DNA from: Psilocybe cubensis
Taxonomy: Eukaryota
Direction of reading: 5' to 3'
Assembly: GCA_017499595.2 (NCBI GenBank)
Contig: CM039003.1
Coordinates: 2,232,001-2,296,000, forward strand
Length of the DNA stretch: 64,000 nt
The position numbers were made by a program, and so were the translations under genes. Of this stretch, positions 28,297-39,227 are shown one piece after another. The notes under the pieces were generated by a model. That model was given only the letters and a program-made list of their open reading frames with translations. It had not been told where the DNA came from and made no database searches. How positions within the stretch are numbered: position 1 is the first letter of the stretch; every line of letters begins with the position of its first letter.

Positions 28297-28525
28297 GCTT
28301 CATTTCGTGCATTAGTTGCTCTACGTAGCATTAACTACTACAATCCAAGTAGGGTCCTAACCGGTATAATAATGTACCTCCGTTTCAAATCCAGTACTGC
28401 TTAAACCAGGCAAGTAGCGTACACAAGGAACTTTCCATCCACATGGAGTCGAGGAGGTGAACAAGCCTTGAATGCCAATCGGTCCGATAATGAATAATCA
28501 ATGGCTTGTTACAATCTCCGGAGAT

Positions 28526-30386
28526 TTATCTCCCCTGAGGGTTAAGGAGATCTTGGCCTGTGTTTCTGAACTTGCCCAGCTCCTTTCGCCATGGTTCCCA
28601 GATCTGCCCGTATTTCTTCAGGAGTCCTACGAGCTCCTGTCTTTGCTCTTTCTGTGAGACGAGTATTGAATAAGTCAAAAGGGATACCTGAGATTTGTAA
28701 GTAAAGAACTGACAATATTCCATGGCTCTTCTCCACCATACACATCGGTAAAAAGTTGTCCAAGCTCTGGGCGCTTGAGGGAGTCGGCTTTCTTGAAGGC
28801 TTTCATGACATCCGCCTTAAGACGCGCTTTCAACTCAGTCTCTGCGTCTGCATCCCACCAACCCTGAGATTCCATGAAAAGACGGAATCTTGTAATAGGG
28901 TTGTCGATACGTTTTTTGTCTTCCACCTCTGACCTTGCACGATACGCAAAAGAGTCATCGGAAGTAGAATGATGGCCAACGCTAGAAAATGATAGCCGTA
29001 TTAATAAATTATGCAATGGCGAGGTTGGTGATATAAGTAGTCAGCTTACCGATACGACATGGATTCAACGAGAACAGCGCGACCTTGCTCCAAGCAACGT
29101 CTCCTAGCCTCCCTTACAGCAGTCAGGACGGCAAGTACGTCATTACCATCTACTCGGATAGTATCAATACCATACCCAGGACCCCGGCTAGCAATACCAT
29201 CTCCGTTGTACTGCTCTGAACTGGGTGTGCTGATAGCAAACCCGTTGTTGCGTGCTATATAAAGCACTGGAGATGGAATGGTAGATGCCAGCATAAATCC
29301 TGCATGGAAGTCTGCAAAAAAAATATCAGGGTATTAATATAAAATAAACAACTTGTTTATTTAGATTGCATCCGGACATACCTCCCTCGGAAGCAGCGCC
29401 CTCTCCAAAATAGCATGCAGCGATATTTTGTGAGCGTCGGTTCGGCATTCGACGGAGAGCATACGCTACGCCAGCTGCTTGGGGTATCTGTGTTGCGAGG
29501 GGAGAAGATATTGTGTGAAAGTGGTGTTCCGGAGATCCAAAGTGCTGATTTTCGTTGAGATGAGTAAGGCCAAAGGGATATCTAGATAGGTTTCCAAGAC
29601 TTACGACGGGCATTTGCCTGCCTTTGCCCGAGGTATCGTTTTCGTTTCCAAAGACCTGGGCCATGATGTTATCTATGGTAAAACCTCGCCATAGAAGGAC
29701 TCCCATTTCACGATATTGACCTTGTTTTCAAAGTTTGAGCTTTCATTTTAAACCGATGCGAATACTTATGTACAAACCAAGTACTCTGCAGAGAATATTG
29801 CTTGTGTAAGTTTGCTAAGCGATGCTTGTGTAAAAAGGCTTACTCGTCGTCCTTTTCCAGGGCAGCAGCCGAGCCGATAATAGTGGCTTCTTCGCCGTAC
29901 TATCAGGGCGTTCGAGACCAGACATAGATATCATTCAACAATTACTCACAGCAGTCATCTATAAGCATTTAAGGTTTAGCAGTAGTTACGCGGAGCCATT
30001 GAAAAACATACGTAGAAGGATATCTTTCCCTGGCGCTGGACATTATATAGTACATTGTCCAAAGTTGGCAGAAGTTGCATGTGCTCGTACAATTTTCGAG
30101 CATAATCTTTGTCGATCTAAAAAAGAATACTCAAAACGCATCTCGAAGGGTCCAATGATGCTAGACCCACATCAGGTAGCTGGGCTCCTTGTAGTGGTTT
30201 ACCAACACCATCTATGAGACGATAGGTAGGTATTGGGTTATCTTTACCTCCAACCGAGTTGAAAAAATCGAGTTTTGTGATGATTGGAGACTGTGTGGTC
30301 GGAAGAAGGTCCCTTCGACTTGTATAACTTCGAGAAAAGGCCCTAGAGAACGCTGGGGTCGACCTTGTAAGCTCTGTCCGGATCAT
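28526..30386 (-). CDS. BCKDHA: Branched-chain alpha-keto acid dehydrogenase E1 alpha subunit
   Basis: [58 protein letters not shown]-terminal mitochondrial-type presequence. Confidence 0.95.
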
Positions 30387-30730
30387 GGTCAAGAGTGAGA
30401 GGTATGATGTCACGTGGGATTTACAACTCGATCGTAAATGGGGCAGTCGTAAATGAGATCGATCATCGGAGGAATGGCAATCACAAGTTTCCTAATCAGG
30501 ATACGGCGGTTGTTGGAGATTTCTTCTTTTTTCTGTTCCGTCGTTGCGAACCATGTGAACTTGGGCCAAGAACTGAGTAGTCTGCCAGTGAGAAAACATA
30601 TCAGGGCCGCCCCTGCTCTCTGAGCAAAATGGCAACTTGGACAGTCCCACATCGTTCCTTCCTTTTTCTTGTTTTTTTTTTTTCATTTATTCGTTCTGGC
30701 TAGTCCGGCGCCTGTGCTTCAAGGTTCATT

Positions 30731-32439
30731 ATGTTGATCCTTGCTGGTTTGCTTTTGTGGGTTATAGCCCTTGGAATGCAGGTCGTTCCTACTAGCGGCC
30801 TTAGATTCAACTTTTCGGAGGTTCAGCAGTGCCAACAGTTCACCGTTTCTTTCGCTGGGTCCAACCTCCCGAACACCAGTATCCCGGCGTCTCTATCGTT
30901 TCTCCCGATAAACTCCACTGCATTATCTGTTCAACTGCCTAACCCCTCTCTTGTCTCTAATGGCATTCTACTTTCAGCCGTTCCTTTCCCCGCAGGTTCC
31001 AATTTTCTTACTTCTCTTGACGATGCAACTGGGGAGAACCTCATTTTTGTATCTGACCTTATTCGAGTATTGCCTTCAACGGAAAAGGAAAGCAACTCTT
31101 GTCTTCCAGTGGGCAATTCAGATGCACCGAGGAGGTTTACAATATCTAGCGAAGTTACACAATGCGAGGAGTTGACGATCAATTACGACACCTCTGTTGT
31201 TTCCAAAGCCCCTATCGTTCGCCTTTTCAACCCTAAAGGTCCTTCGCGACTCCTAAACATGACCTCGGATGACAATACCCACGGTTCCGCAAAGTACCTC
31301 ATGAATTTTTCTCGAGGGAAGGAGATCTTGCTACTCATGGAGGGGGGTGGTTTCCGAGAAACATCTGCCATCATCACCAGTAAGAAATTTTTGATCCCTT
31401 TTTTCTAGCACTAAACGTTACTTTGTAACAGTTGGAGGTGACGCCGCCAGCAGTTCTGCTTGTCTGCGGAGACCGATCAATATGTCCAAGGTCGGCAGCT
31501 CCAATGGCGATGGAAACGAAGAGAAGTCGGAGTCTTCGCCAATACCATCAAAGTTCGTTAACCAGGCTGCCCAAAAACTTTAAAGTTGGTTGCTAACAGT
31601 ACGATAGAGCTATAATCATAGGCAGCGCCATTGGAGGGAGTGTTGTTGCATTAGTTGCACTCTCAATAATCATTTTCATAATTCGGGATCGTCAACGACG
31701 CAGGAAAATGATAGCAGCGGACGTAGAAACTTCGCAGTGGAAAAAAAAAATATCGGAGGAATGGAAGACGCAGCAAATATCCAACTCCAAAAGAAATTCA
31801 CCTATCCAGGGAGGAATTGTTGCTAATCCGATCTATGCGGTCCACTCGTCTTTCTTGTCGCCGACCAATTCCAAATTCCAAAGAATTAGCAGTGATTCTT
31901 GGGTGCAGGTTGCATCGGTAGATCGTCGGCTCCCTGAGTCTAATCAACATGGTTCACCTCAACCATCGTCACGAATATTGGTTCAATCACCACGATCAGA
32001 GGACCGCGTTTCGTTACAATCTCTAGACATTGAAGGGATGTTGAACATGGCAACTCTTCAATCTGAGAACAACCAGAGCAGGAAAAATTCGGTCGGCACA
32101 GTTCAGCTCCTATCCAACCTTCCCTCTTCTCCATCTCTAGCAGTTCCAGTGCCGACATACCTTTCGACGGAAACTTCAAGTTTTCACAGGCGAGATCCTT
32201 CAGATGTCCCAGCAGGGCCGGTTTCAATGTCATTTTCAGGCTACTCAGTAAATCCATTCGACCCAGAACGAAATTCCGTCACGCCTCCTGGCCTGGAAAA
32301 TACTTTACGTTCCAGTAGACCTATTGGTGGCGTTGGTCTTCCAGGTAATCCTCGAGATGTAGGAAAGTCAAGCAAGGGCCGTGCAGCATCTACATATAGT
32401 GGTAGAAGCAGCTCGGATTGGTATGGAATTGCCCGGTAG
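30731..32439 (+). CDS. Type I membrane protein (signal peptide, two Cys-containing ectodomain repeats, one TM, Ser-rich tail)
   Basis: Hydrophobic N-terminus, QQCQQFTVSF / TQCEELTINY repeats, AIIIGSAIGGSVVALVALSIIIFII TM followed by RDRQRRRK. Confidence 0.75.
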
Positions 32440-33274
32440 CCTGCTTCTATTATTTAGTTGTGTTTTCGATCTTTTGGATTGATGACTCGTTGTATTCATG
32501 GACATTTTAGCCCCCCTTTCCTCATTGTATTTTGTAGCTTTTGGCCCCTCCTTTTTGCCTTTACTTTGTCAACGACGCAGACAATTTCCTTTCCATTTAT
32601 TGTTAGTAATAAGGCCATGCTGTTTACTTGCTTGATTCTTGCAGCCAGGAGTTCTTTATTGGAAATGCTTGTCGTCCAGCACACTGAGCAGGACCTATCC
32701 ACCTGAGATATCGCGACGATGGTACATAATGACTTCCCTGGCACATCTAGGAATATACATGTAGCCATCAATGCCTTAAATCTGGGAGGACGGCATGCAA
32801 GGGTTGAAGCAACAGTCGTCCTTGAAAAAAATTTGCCAGTGTGGTTACAAGATATTTCAGATTCTGGGTCGATGGATGCCATAAGCTTGCAAAGGTCTTC
32901 ATAATTTTACGTTGAAGATCTGCCCCTAAAATTCAGATAGGGACAGATATTTTATCGGACCCTTCGATCCAAACTCAGGTGCTACGCGACCCAAAGTCGT
33001 ATAAGAAAGTTAAGGTGAGACCGGATGAGATGTGCCACAATCCTATGCGCTTCGTAATGCAGGTCAAAGAATCAAATACGTCACTAACATTTCCTGCCAT
33101 TGACTACAGTGTCAGGCAAGAGGTTATCAACCAACAGCTGTCATGGAGCGTCCTGGGTCGGCCAAATGATTCGAATTCAAATCGGTAAAAGAATGGCAAC
33201 GTACTAAACCAACGTAGGGTAAAAACCCTGGGACAATCATAAACTCTGCTCCGATACAGTTGTATGCAGAGTTT

Positions 33275-33627
33275 TCATGAATCGATGGCCATTTTGGCGT
33301 CGTCTTTGGGAAGTTTTTTAGCTTCTTCTGCGATCTTCTTGCGAGACCCTGTCAATAGCGCCAGGTAGTCCGCTCCTCCAAGAACACCGCCTTCTTTTGA
33401 GCTTGATGACCCTTTCCCCTTTCCAGCCTTTTCTTTGAGAGCGGAGTGCTTCTTGGACGCCTGAATTTGGGTGCGTGAGGATGCAGATGGCGTTGACGTG
33501 ACTGCGGTTGTTGCACTTGATTTCGCCTTCTTCGGCTAGATCGCATAGGTACTTCAAATTTTCGATATTGTGACAGAGAGAGGAGGATACATACAATTCG
33601 CTTGTGAACTTTGGCACTTTTCCCCAT
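33275..33627 (-). CDS. Small basic hypothetical protein (2 exons)
   Basis: MGKSAKVHKRI|PKKAKSS...GGVLGGADYLALLTGSRKKIAEEAKKLP with one GT-AG intron. Confidence 0.7.
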
Positions 33628-33751
33628 AGAGGACGCCAACGACAATGTTATATGCTGGGATTTGTGGTGGCGGTTTTCTTCAATAATCGTGACGGACTCA
33701 ATTGAATTAGACAACCATTTCCAAAAATAGAACAGACACCAAAAGTTTTTA

Positions 33752-34488
33752 GGCCCTGTTCGGTAGCAACTCACGCTGTGAGTTACTAACTCACGATTTC
33801 CATATTTGGTGCTTTGTGACAACATTTACCACTGGCTGAGCATGGTCACCCATCAGTCACATCGCCCAATATGTACATCTTCGCCATTTATAGAAATCGT
33901 GAGTTTATAACTCACGACCGTGACTTGCTACCGAACACACGGCGGGCAAAAGTGCTGACTAGTCAGCCTGGGAGTTGGTCTGACCAGTCACCTGACCAGT
34001 GTGCTGACTAGTCACCTGACTAGTCATGTAGCTGTCACGCATTTATTGTCACGCTGCTAAGTTTCTGTAATTCCGCTCATTGATTGTAGAACAGAGGATT
34101 TCTTTTCTATGCCCCAGACTTACACAGGGCGGGCATCGTGTACCTTCTAAACAACGTCGGGTGACCGTGCACAAGTACTCTGAAAGCGTGATTAGTTATC
34201 CATTTGTTTGAATAATGACCGAATTTCAACCAAACACAAGAAATATCCAATTCCGAGTCATTCATTACTTTTCCTCAGTGACAGTGCTTCGGAAGACAAT
34301 GGTTTATTCCCATTTAATCTTATGTTACTGAACTCATTTACCAATACTAACCAGCGTGACAACATTTGTGTGACCTCTCCTGACTGGTCAGTTGATTCGT
34401 CACGGAACGCGTCACGATATGGTCACGTGACTGGTCAGACCAACTCCCAGGCTGACTAGTCAGCACTTTTGCCCGCCGTGACAGGGCC
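33752..34488. mobile_element. About 190-bp MITE (outer) with GGCCCTGTTCGG termini, interrupted in its right TIR by a second MITE
   Basis: About 54-bp imperfect TIR GGCCCTGTTCGGTAGCAACTCACG... / ...CGTGACTTGCTACCGAACA|GGGCC; TA on both flanks. Confidence 0.8.
33938..34480. mobile_element. 543-bp MITE (inner), CAC...GTG termini, 3-bp TSD (CACTA/CMC-like)
   Basis: Perfect 54-bp TIR CACGGCGGGCAAAAGTGCTGACTAGTCAGCC...; TSD ACA at 33935-33937 and 34481-34483; subterminal TGACTAGTCA repeats. Confidence 0.92.
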
Positions 34489-35068
34489 TAAAAGGATGCA
34501 CGATGAAGGCTACCAATGTCGTGACAATCAGTGGACATCAAGGACAGGTTTTCCTATTAATCGAGTTTAGATAATGTTTATTTACACAAGTCTAATCACG
34601 CCGAAGACCCGCTCGTTTCAGGGAGCCTCACCTCTCTGACCGCTTCCAGTTCAACAAACACCAACATTCAAGGGTGGGCTCCCCCCAGTTGTCGACCCAA
34701 CATGTACCACCTGACATGAATGTTTGAGCTTTGTCTGAACAGGAGAACCGCGCTCGCATGCTTTGCAGCCTTTTCTCCGACACGTCTTGTCTCTGCAACA
34801 AGAAGTGCATCTCGACGCACCTCAGCATAAAAGACCGCCTGGAGAATCTGGTTCTCGCACTTTTGCGTCCCCCGCTCTCCAGGTAAGCTTTTACTGCTCG
34901 AAACTCGCTCGACTTCATCACCGCTGATCTCTGTTTTGCGTCCCCCGCTCTCCAGATCACGGTCACCCGAGTCTCTCTGCTCTCTACTTTAACTCGTATC
35001 GTGTCTATACTCGCATCCTCGTTCTCGCGAACCGGCCATCCTCGAACTCGTCATTCTTTTGTACTCTT

Positions 35069-36307
35069 ATGAGTGACCTTTCGGAGCACGAAGCCACACC
35101 CGAACAACGTCTAACCCCCTCCTTCGTTCTATCGGAAGAAACTTCGGCGGAGTGCGATAAGCACGTCGAGAATTACAAGAACGGTTCAGTTGAGAAGGCA
35201 GACACGCTCATTCTTATTCAGTCGACCCTCGCCAATGTTTATCCCGACGACCATTCGCAACACGTTATCGAAGCCATACATTCTTATCTAGCGATACTTG
35301 ACAACTTCGATGGATTACGCAAAGACGCATTACGACGAGGCGGAGGAGCTACTAAGTCAAGTGCAGGAAGTATCGAAGGAGAATCGGAGGAAGAGGGAGA
35401 CGATGAACCGGAATCATCTCATACCATCGAGACCCCTATCGACTGCGCGTCCAAGCGGGCGAGATCTCCTGTTGAGGATTTCTTCGCCGACCAGGAGCTA
35501 CCGCCGCGAAAACGACACGTTGAGGGAGGCGCGTTTCCGTGGGAGATCCAGGAGGCGCTCACACCTTCCAACCTTTCCCCCGAACTACTCCAGACCCAGG
35601 CCATACTCGCTACCATCGCGAAGGACTACAAGGCTGCCGAGGCGTCGCTCCTTAACTCCGCGAAGAGACCTGGGCTCACCGTTGAGCAGTGGAAACGAAT
35701 ATTACTTTCGAAATGCGCGGACTTCGACGCGATATTCAGCTCCCTGTACACAGTCACCATCGACGAGGAGAGGAAGGAGAAGATCGGTTCCCTTGAGGTC
35801 GTTGTCGGAGCGGCCACACCATCAAAGTCAGTCCGCGAACACTCTGATTGGACAATCGCGTGGAACCAATACGCGAGAGCGGTACTGTTCGTGTTCCCCC
35901 ACAGACACCGCGAGCTCAGCGCATACGGAGATTTCATCCTTCAACTGTTTCGTTCAACCCCCTCTTACCTCCACGAGAACGTCATCAACTACGACAAAGC
36001 GGTCCGACTTAGAGCCTCAAACCGACGGGACCTGCTCCTCGACGACCACGCCAGCTACACGGACCTCGGCGTCCTCTGGCTTCAACACGGAGGTGCTCAC
36101 AGCTCTGCGACCGCGAAGAATTCCAGGGAAAGCAGGTCGCGCTCAGTTGGTGCCCCAGGTTCGCACACCTCTAGGGCAAGACGAGAGGCATGTCGTCGCT
36201 ACAACGCCGGAAACTGTCCCAACACACAGGCAACATGCAACTACGCCCACATCTGTAGCGCCTGTAGGACAACAGGACATGTGGCCGACAAGTGTACCCG
36301 CAAATGA
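35069..36307 (+). CDS. Ngaro ORF1 Gag-like protein
   Basis: 412 aa ending in CRRYNAGNCPNTQATCNYAHICSACRTTGHVADKC (CCCH plus CCHC fingers). Confidence 0.88.
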   Translation: MSDLSEHEATPEQRLTPSFVLSEETSAECDKHVENYKNGSVEKADTLILIQSTLANVYPDDHSQHVIEAIHSYLAILDNFDGLRKDALRRGGGATKSSAGSIEGESEEEGDDEPESSHTIETPIDCASKRARSPVEDFFADQELPPRKRHVEGGAFPWEIQEALTPSNLSPELLQTQAILATIAKDYKAAEASLLNSAKRPGLTVEQWKRILLSKCADFDAIFSSLYTVTIDEERKEKIGSLEVVVGAATPSKSVREHSDWTIAWNQYARAVLFVFPHRHRELSAYGDFILQLFRSTPSYLHENVINYDKAVRLRASNRRDLLLDDHASYTDLGVLWLQHGGAHSSATAKNSRESRSRSVGAPGSHTSRARREACRRYNAGNCPNTQATCNYAHICSACRTTGHVADKCTRK

Positions 36308-38166
36308 TGTACGACGTTTCGTCACCAATCCCTTCGCCCCTGTGTATCGTTTCTCGCACCTTTCTTCGCGCCCTCTTTTCTTACGCTCACTCTATTGGTC
36401 CGAGGATAACACTTCTGCACATGTTTCTCTTGCCCGTTTCACCGAGACTGCCCAACCTCTGCCCCCTGTCCCCATCAACGAACTTAGGAATAGCGTTGCT
36501 CTCGACACTATTGCGTGTTATGGTCATTTTTTCAACATCACCACGCCCATTAATGCTGTCCGTCTGCACGCCTACCTCTTGCAACACCCGAATCCCGACT
36601 ACGTGAATTCTGTCATCGATGGCATCCAGAATGGGTTCTGGCCGTGGGCCGACACGGCTCGCACCCACTTGCCTCCGACCCTCGACGTCACCGAATACCT
36701 CACCGAGGAACGCCACATCACCTTCGCCAGCGAGCAGCGCGACATCGAAATCTCAAAGGGGCGTTTTTCTCAATCCTTCAGTTCCTTGCTTCCCGGGATG
36801 CTTGCAGTTCCAGTAGGGGTTGTACCCAAGCCTCACTCCCACAAACTCCGACTCGTTGTCAACCATAGCGCTGAACCTTTCGCACGAAACTCGTTGATCG
36901 ACAAAACACTGGTTTCTGTACCTCTCGACAGCGTTCAGTCACTCGGTAGTGTCATCCTTCGGCTGCGTCGGGAGGCCGGTCCACACGCTGAGCTCGTCCT
37001 CTTCAAGAGCGATGTGTCCGAAGCTTACAGACTCTGTCCTATGGCCCCTTTGTGGCAGATCAAGCAGGTTGTCAAGATCAACGGCCTTTTCAACATTGAC
37101 CGTTGCAACAACTTTGGTAGCAGAGCAGGAGGGGGCGTGTGGGGCGTCATTTTCAGCCTCATCTTGTGGATCGCTACCTCGATCTTGCTCATCCCTGATC
37201 TCTTTGATTACGTCGACGACGTTTTCTCAGTCACCCTAGCTGGCAACACTCTTTGGTACGCCCCGTACAATAAGATTCTGTCCGAACCTCAAGCCCGACT
37301 CCTCATGCTCTGGGACGAGCTGGGCGTTCCGCATGCCGAAGACAAACAGCTCTCCGGCACAGCCCTGACTATCATCGGGTTTTTACGTCGACACCGTGGC
37401 CATGACAATCACCATGCCCCTCGACTCCCTCCTCAATCTCATTCATGCGATCCGCGAGTTTGCCGTGATGGGTCGCCGTCCAACACTAGCTGATTACCAA
37501 GCAATCGCAGGGTGGATCAACTGGGCGTTAAACACCTATCCCCTCCTACGCCCCTGCCTGTCTAGCGTTTACGCAAAGATGGCAGGCAAGCACATTTCCT
37601 CTGCCAAAATCTACGTCAATAAGCGCGTCTGCCAGGAACTCATCTGGGCGGCAAACCACCTTGAGACATGCAATGGCGTGCTGTTCCTGGAGTCCTTGGA
37701 CTGGGACCTGGCTGAGGCCGACTACATCCTTCTGACGGACGCTTGTCTGTTCGGGATGGGCTTCTGGTCTCCATGTCATGACTACGGTTTCCAATATCGC
37801 ATCGTGTCCGCCTCACGCCCAATCTTCTACTGGGAGGCTTACACTGTCCTCTCCGCATTTGCTTGGATCCTCTCCTCCTGTTCTCCCCCACCCAAGCGCG
37901 TCGTCATCTACTGCGACAATACCAACACCGTAAATCTTTTCAGCACACTTCGCGCCACTCCGGACTACAACCCCATTGTCCTCACTGCCGCCGACCTCAT
38001 GCTACGTTTCAACTGCCAGCTGCGAGTGGTGCATATCGCAGGCGGTCAGAACACAGTTGCAGACTCCATTTCACGCTTCGACAATCAAGTCGCCCTCTCC
38101 TTCCGTCCCAATCTCCTGATTCGGAATTTTTTACCCCCACAGTTGATGCTGGGGGCAGATCTTTGA
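35298..38166 (+). pseudogene. Ngaro RT-RNase H, frameshifted in copy 1
   Basis: KSDVSEAYR, YVDD, TDAC, CDNTNTV, NTVADSISR; GGGTTTTTAC at about 37377-37386 has one more T than the other copies (GGGTTTTAC). Confidence 0.88.
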
Positions 38167-39164
38167 TGGCCCCACTGTCCCGCCCCAGGCAACCCGCAAG
38201 GATTGCCTGGTCGCTCGAGCGCTTACACCATGAACGAGCTATAGCTCTTGGATTTGCGCTCGAGCCCTCCTCCATTGCCGCCTACTCTTCCGCCCTCCAC
38301 TCTTACATCGCTTTTTGCAACCTCCACGCTTTCCCTATCAAACCTACCGCTGATACTCTCAGTTTTTTCATCGTGTTTATGTCCCACCACATCAAACCCT
38401 CTTCCGTGGCTGCCTACCTTTCCGGCATCTGCAGCCAGCTGGAGGCTTTTTATCCATCCATCCGCTCAACCCGTCAGTCACAACTCGTTCGCCGTACCCT
38501 CACAGGCTGCATCAAACTCCGTTCTGTCCCCACCACACGCCAGATGGCTGTTTCCTCAGAACAGATGCTAAGCCTCCACTCTCGCCTCATTCACTCCAAT
38601 GACTACGACACGCTGCTCTTCCTGGCCATTTGCACCGCCGCATTCAACGGTCTCCTGCGCATGGGTGAGTGCGTGTGGCCGGACTCTCACCACCTGCGTG
38701 ACTACCGTAAGGTTACCCGCCGCGCCACAGTGGAATCTACGCCATCCTCCTTCTCCTTCTTGCTACCTTCGCACAAGGCAGATCGCCTTTACGAGGGAAA
38801 TAAGGTGGTGATTCACGCCTCTAACGCAGGACAGGAAGCCCTTCTGGCTCTGCAGTTATACCTCGCACGCCGTGACAATGCTTTCCCTTTGAAACCCGAG
38901 TTATGGCTCCGTAGCGACGGCTCAGTCCCAACTCGTCGTTGGATGACATCCTTGCTCAAGTCATCCTTCCCAGGCCTCGGAATCTCAGGACACTCGTTTC
39001 GCCCCGGCGGCGCCACCTACCTGGCATTGCGCCGTGTCCCTTCCCATATCATCCAGGCGATGGGCCGTTGGAAGTCTGACACCTTCCAAACCTACATCCG
39101 AGAACACCCCGCCCTGTTGGCGGCACTTCTCTACACCTCCGTTGACCCTCGCACCACCCCATAG
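38166..39164 (+). CDS. Tyrosine recombinase (Ngaro ORF3)
   Basis: GLLRMGE, SHKAD, GHSFRPGGAT, GRWKSDTFQTYIR; ATG overlaps the RT stop (TGATG). Confidence 0.92.
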   Translation: MAPLSRPRQPARIAWSLERLHHERAIALGFALEPSSIAAYSSALHSYIAFCNLHAFPIKPTADTLSFFIVFMSHHIKPSSVAAYLSGICSQLEAFYPSIRSTRQSQLVRRTLTGCIKLRSVPTTRQMAVSSEQMLSLHSRLIHSNDYDTLLFLAICTAAFNGLLRMGECVWPDSHHLRDYRKVTRRATVESTPSSFSFLLPSHKADRLYEGNKVVIHASNAGQEALLALQLYLARRDNAFPLKPELWLRSDGSVPTRRWMTSLLKSSFPGLGISGHSFRPGGATYLALRRVPSHIIQAMGRWKSDTFQTYIREHPALLAALLYTSVDPRTTP

Positions 39165-39227
39165 ATGCTTGTTTTTTCTGTCCTTCTTGACTCCCCTTTC
39201 CTGCACCCTTTCCCCAGGGCGTGTCTC

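Noticed and set aside
32458-33190. Short ORFs between the membrane protein and the small basic protein
   Set aside because: No recognisable domain or coherent exon chain.
37863-38165. N-terminal 101 aa of the 433-aa YR ORF
   Set aside because: TTG start overlapping RNase H; the ATG at 38166 is more plausible.
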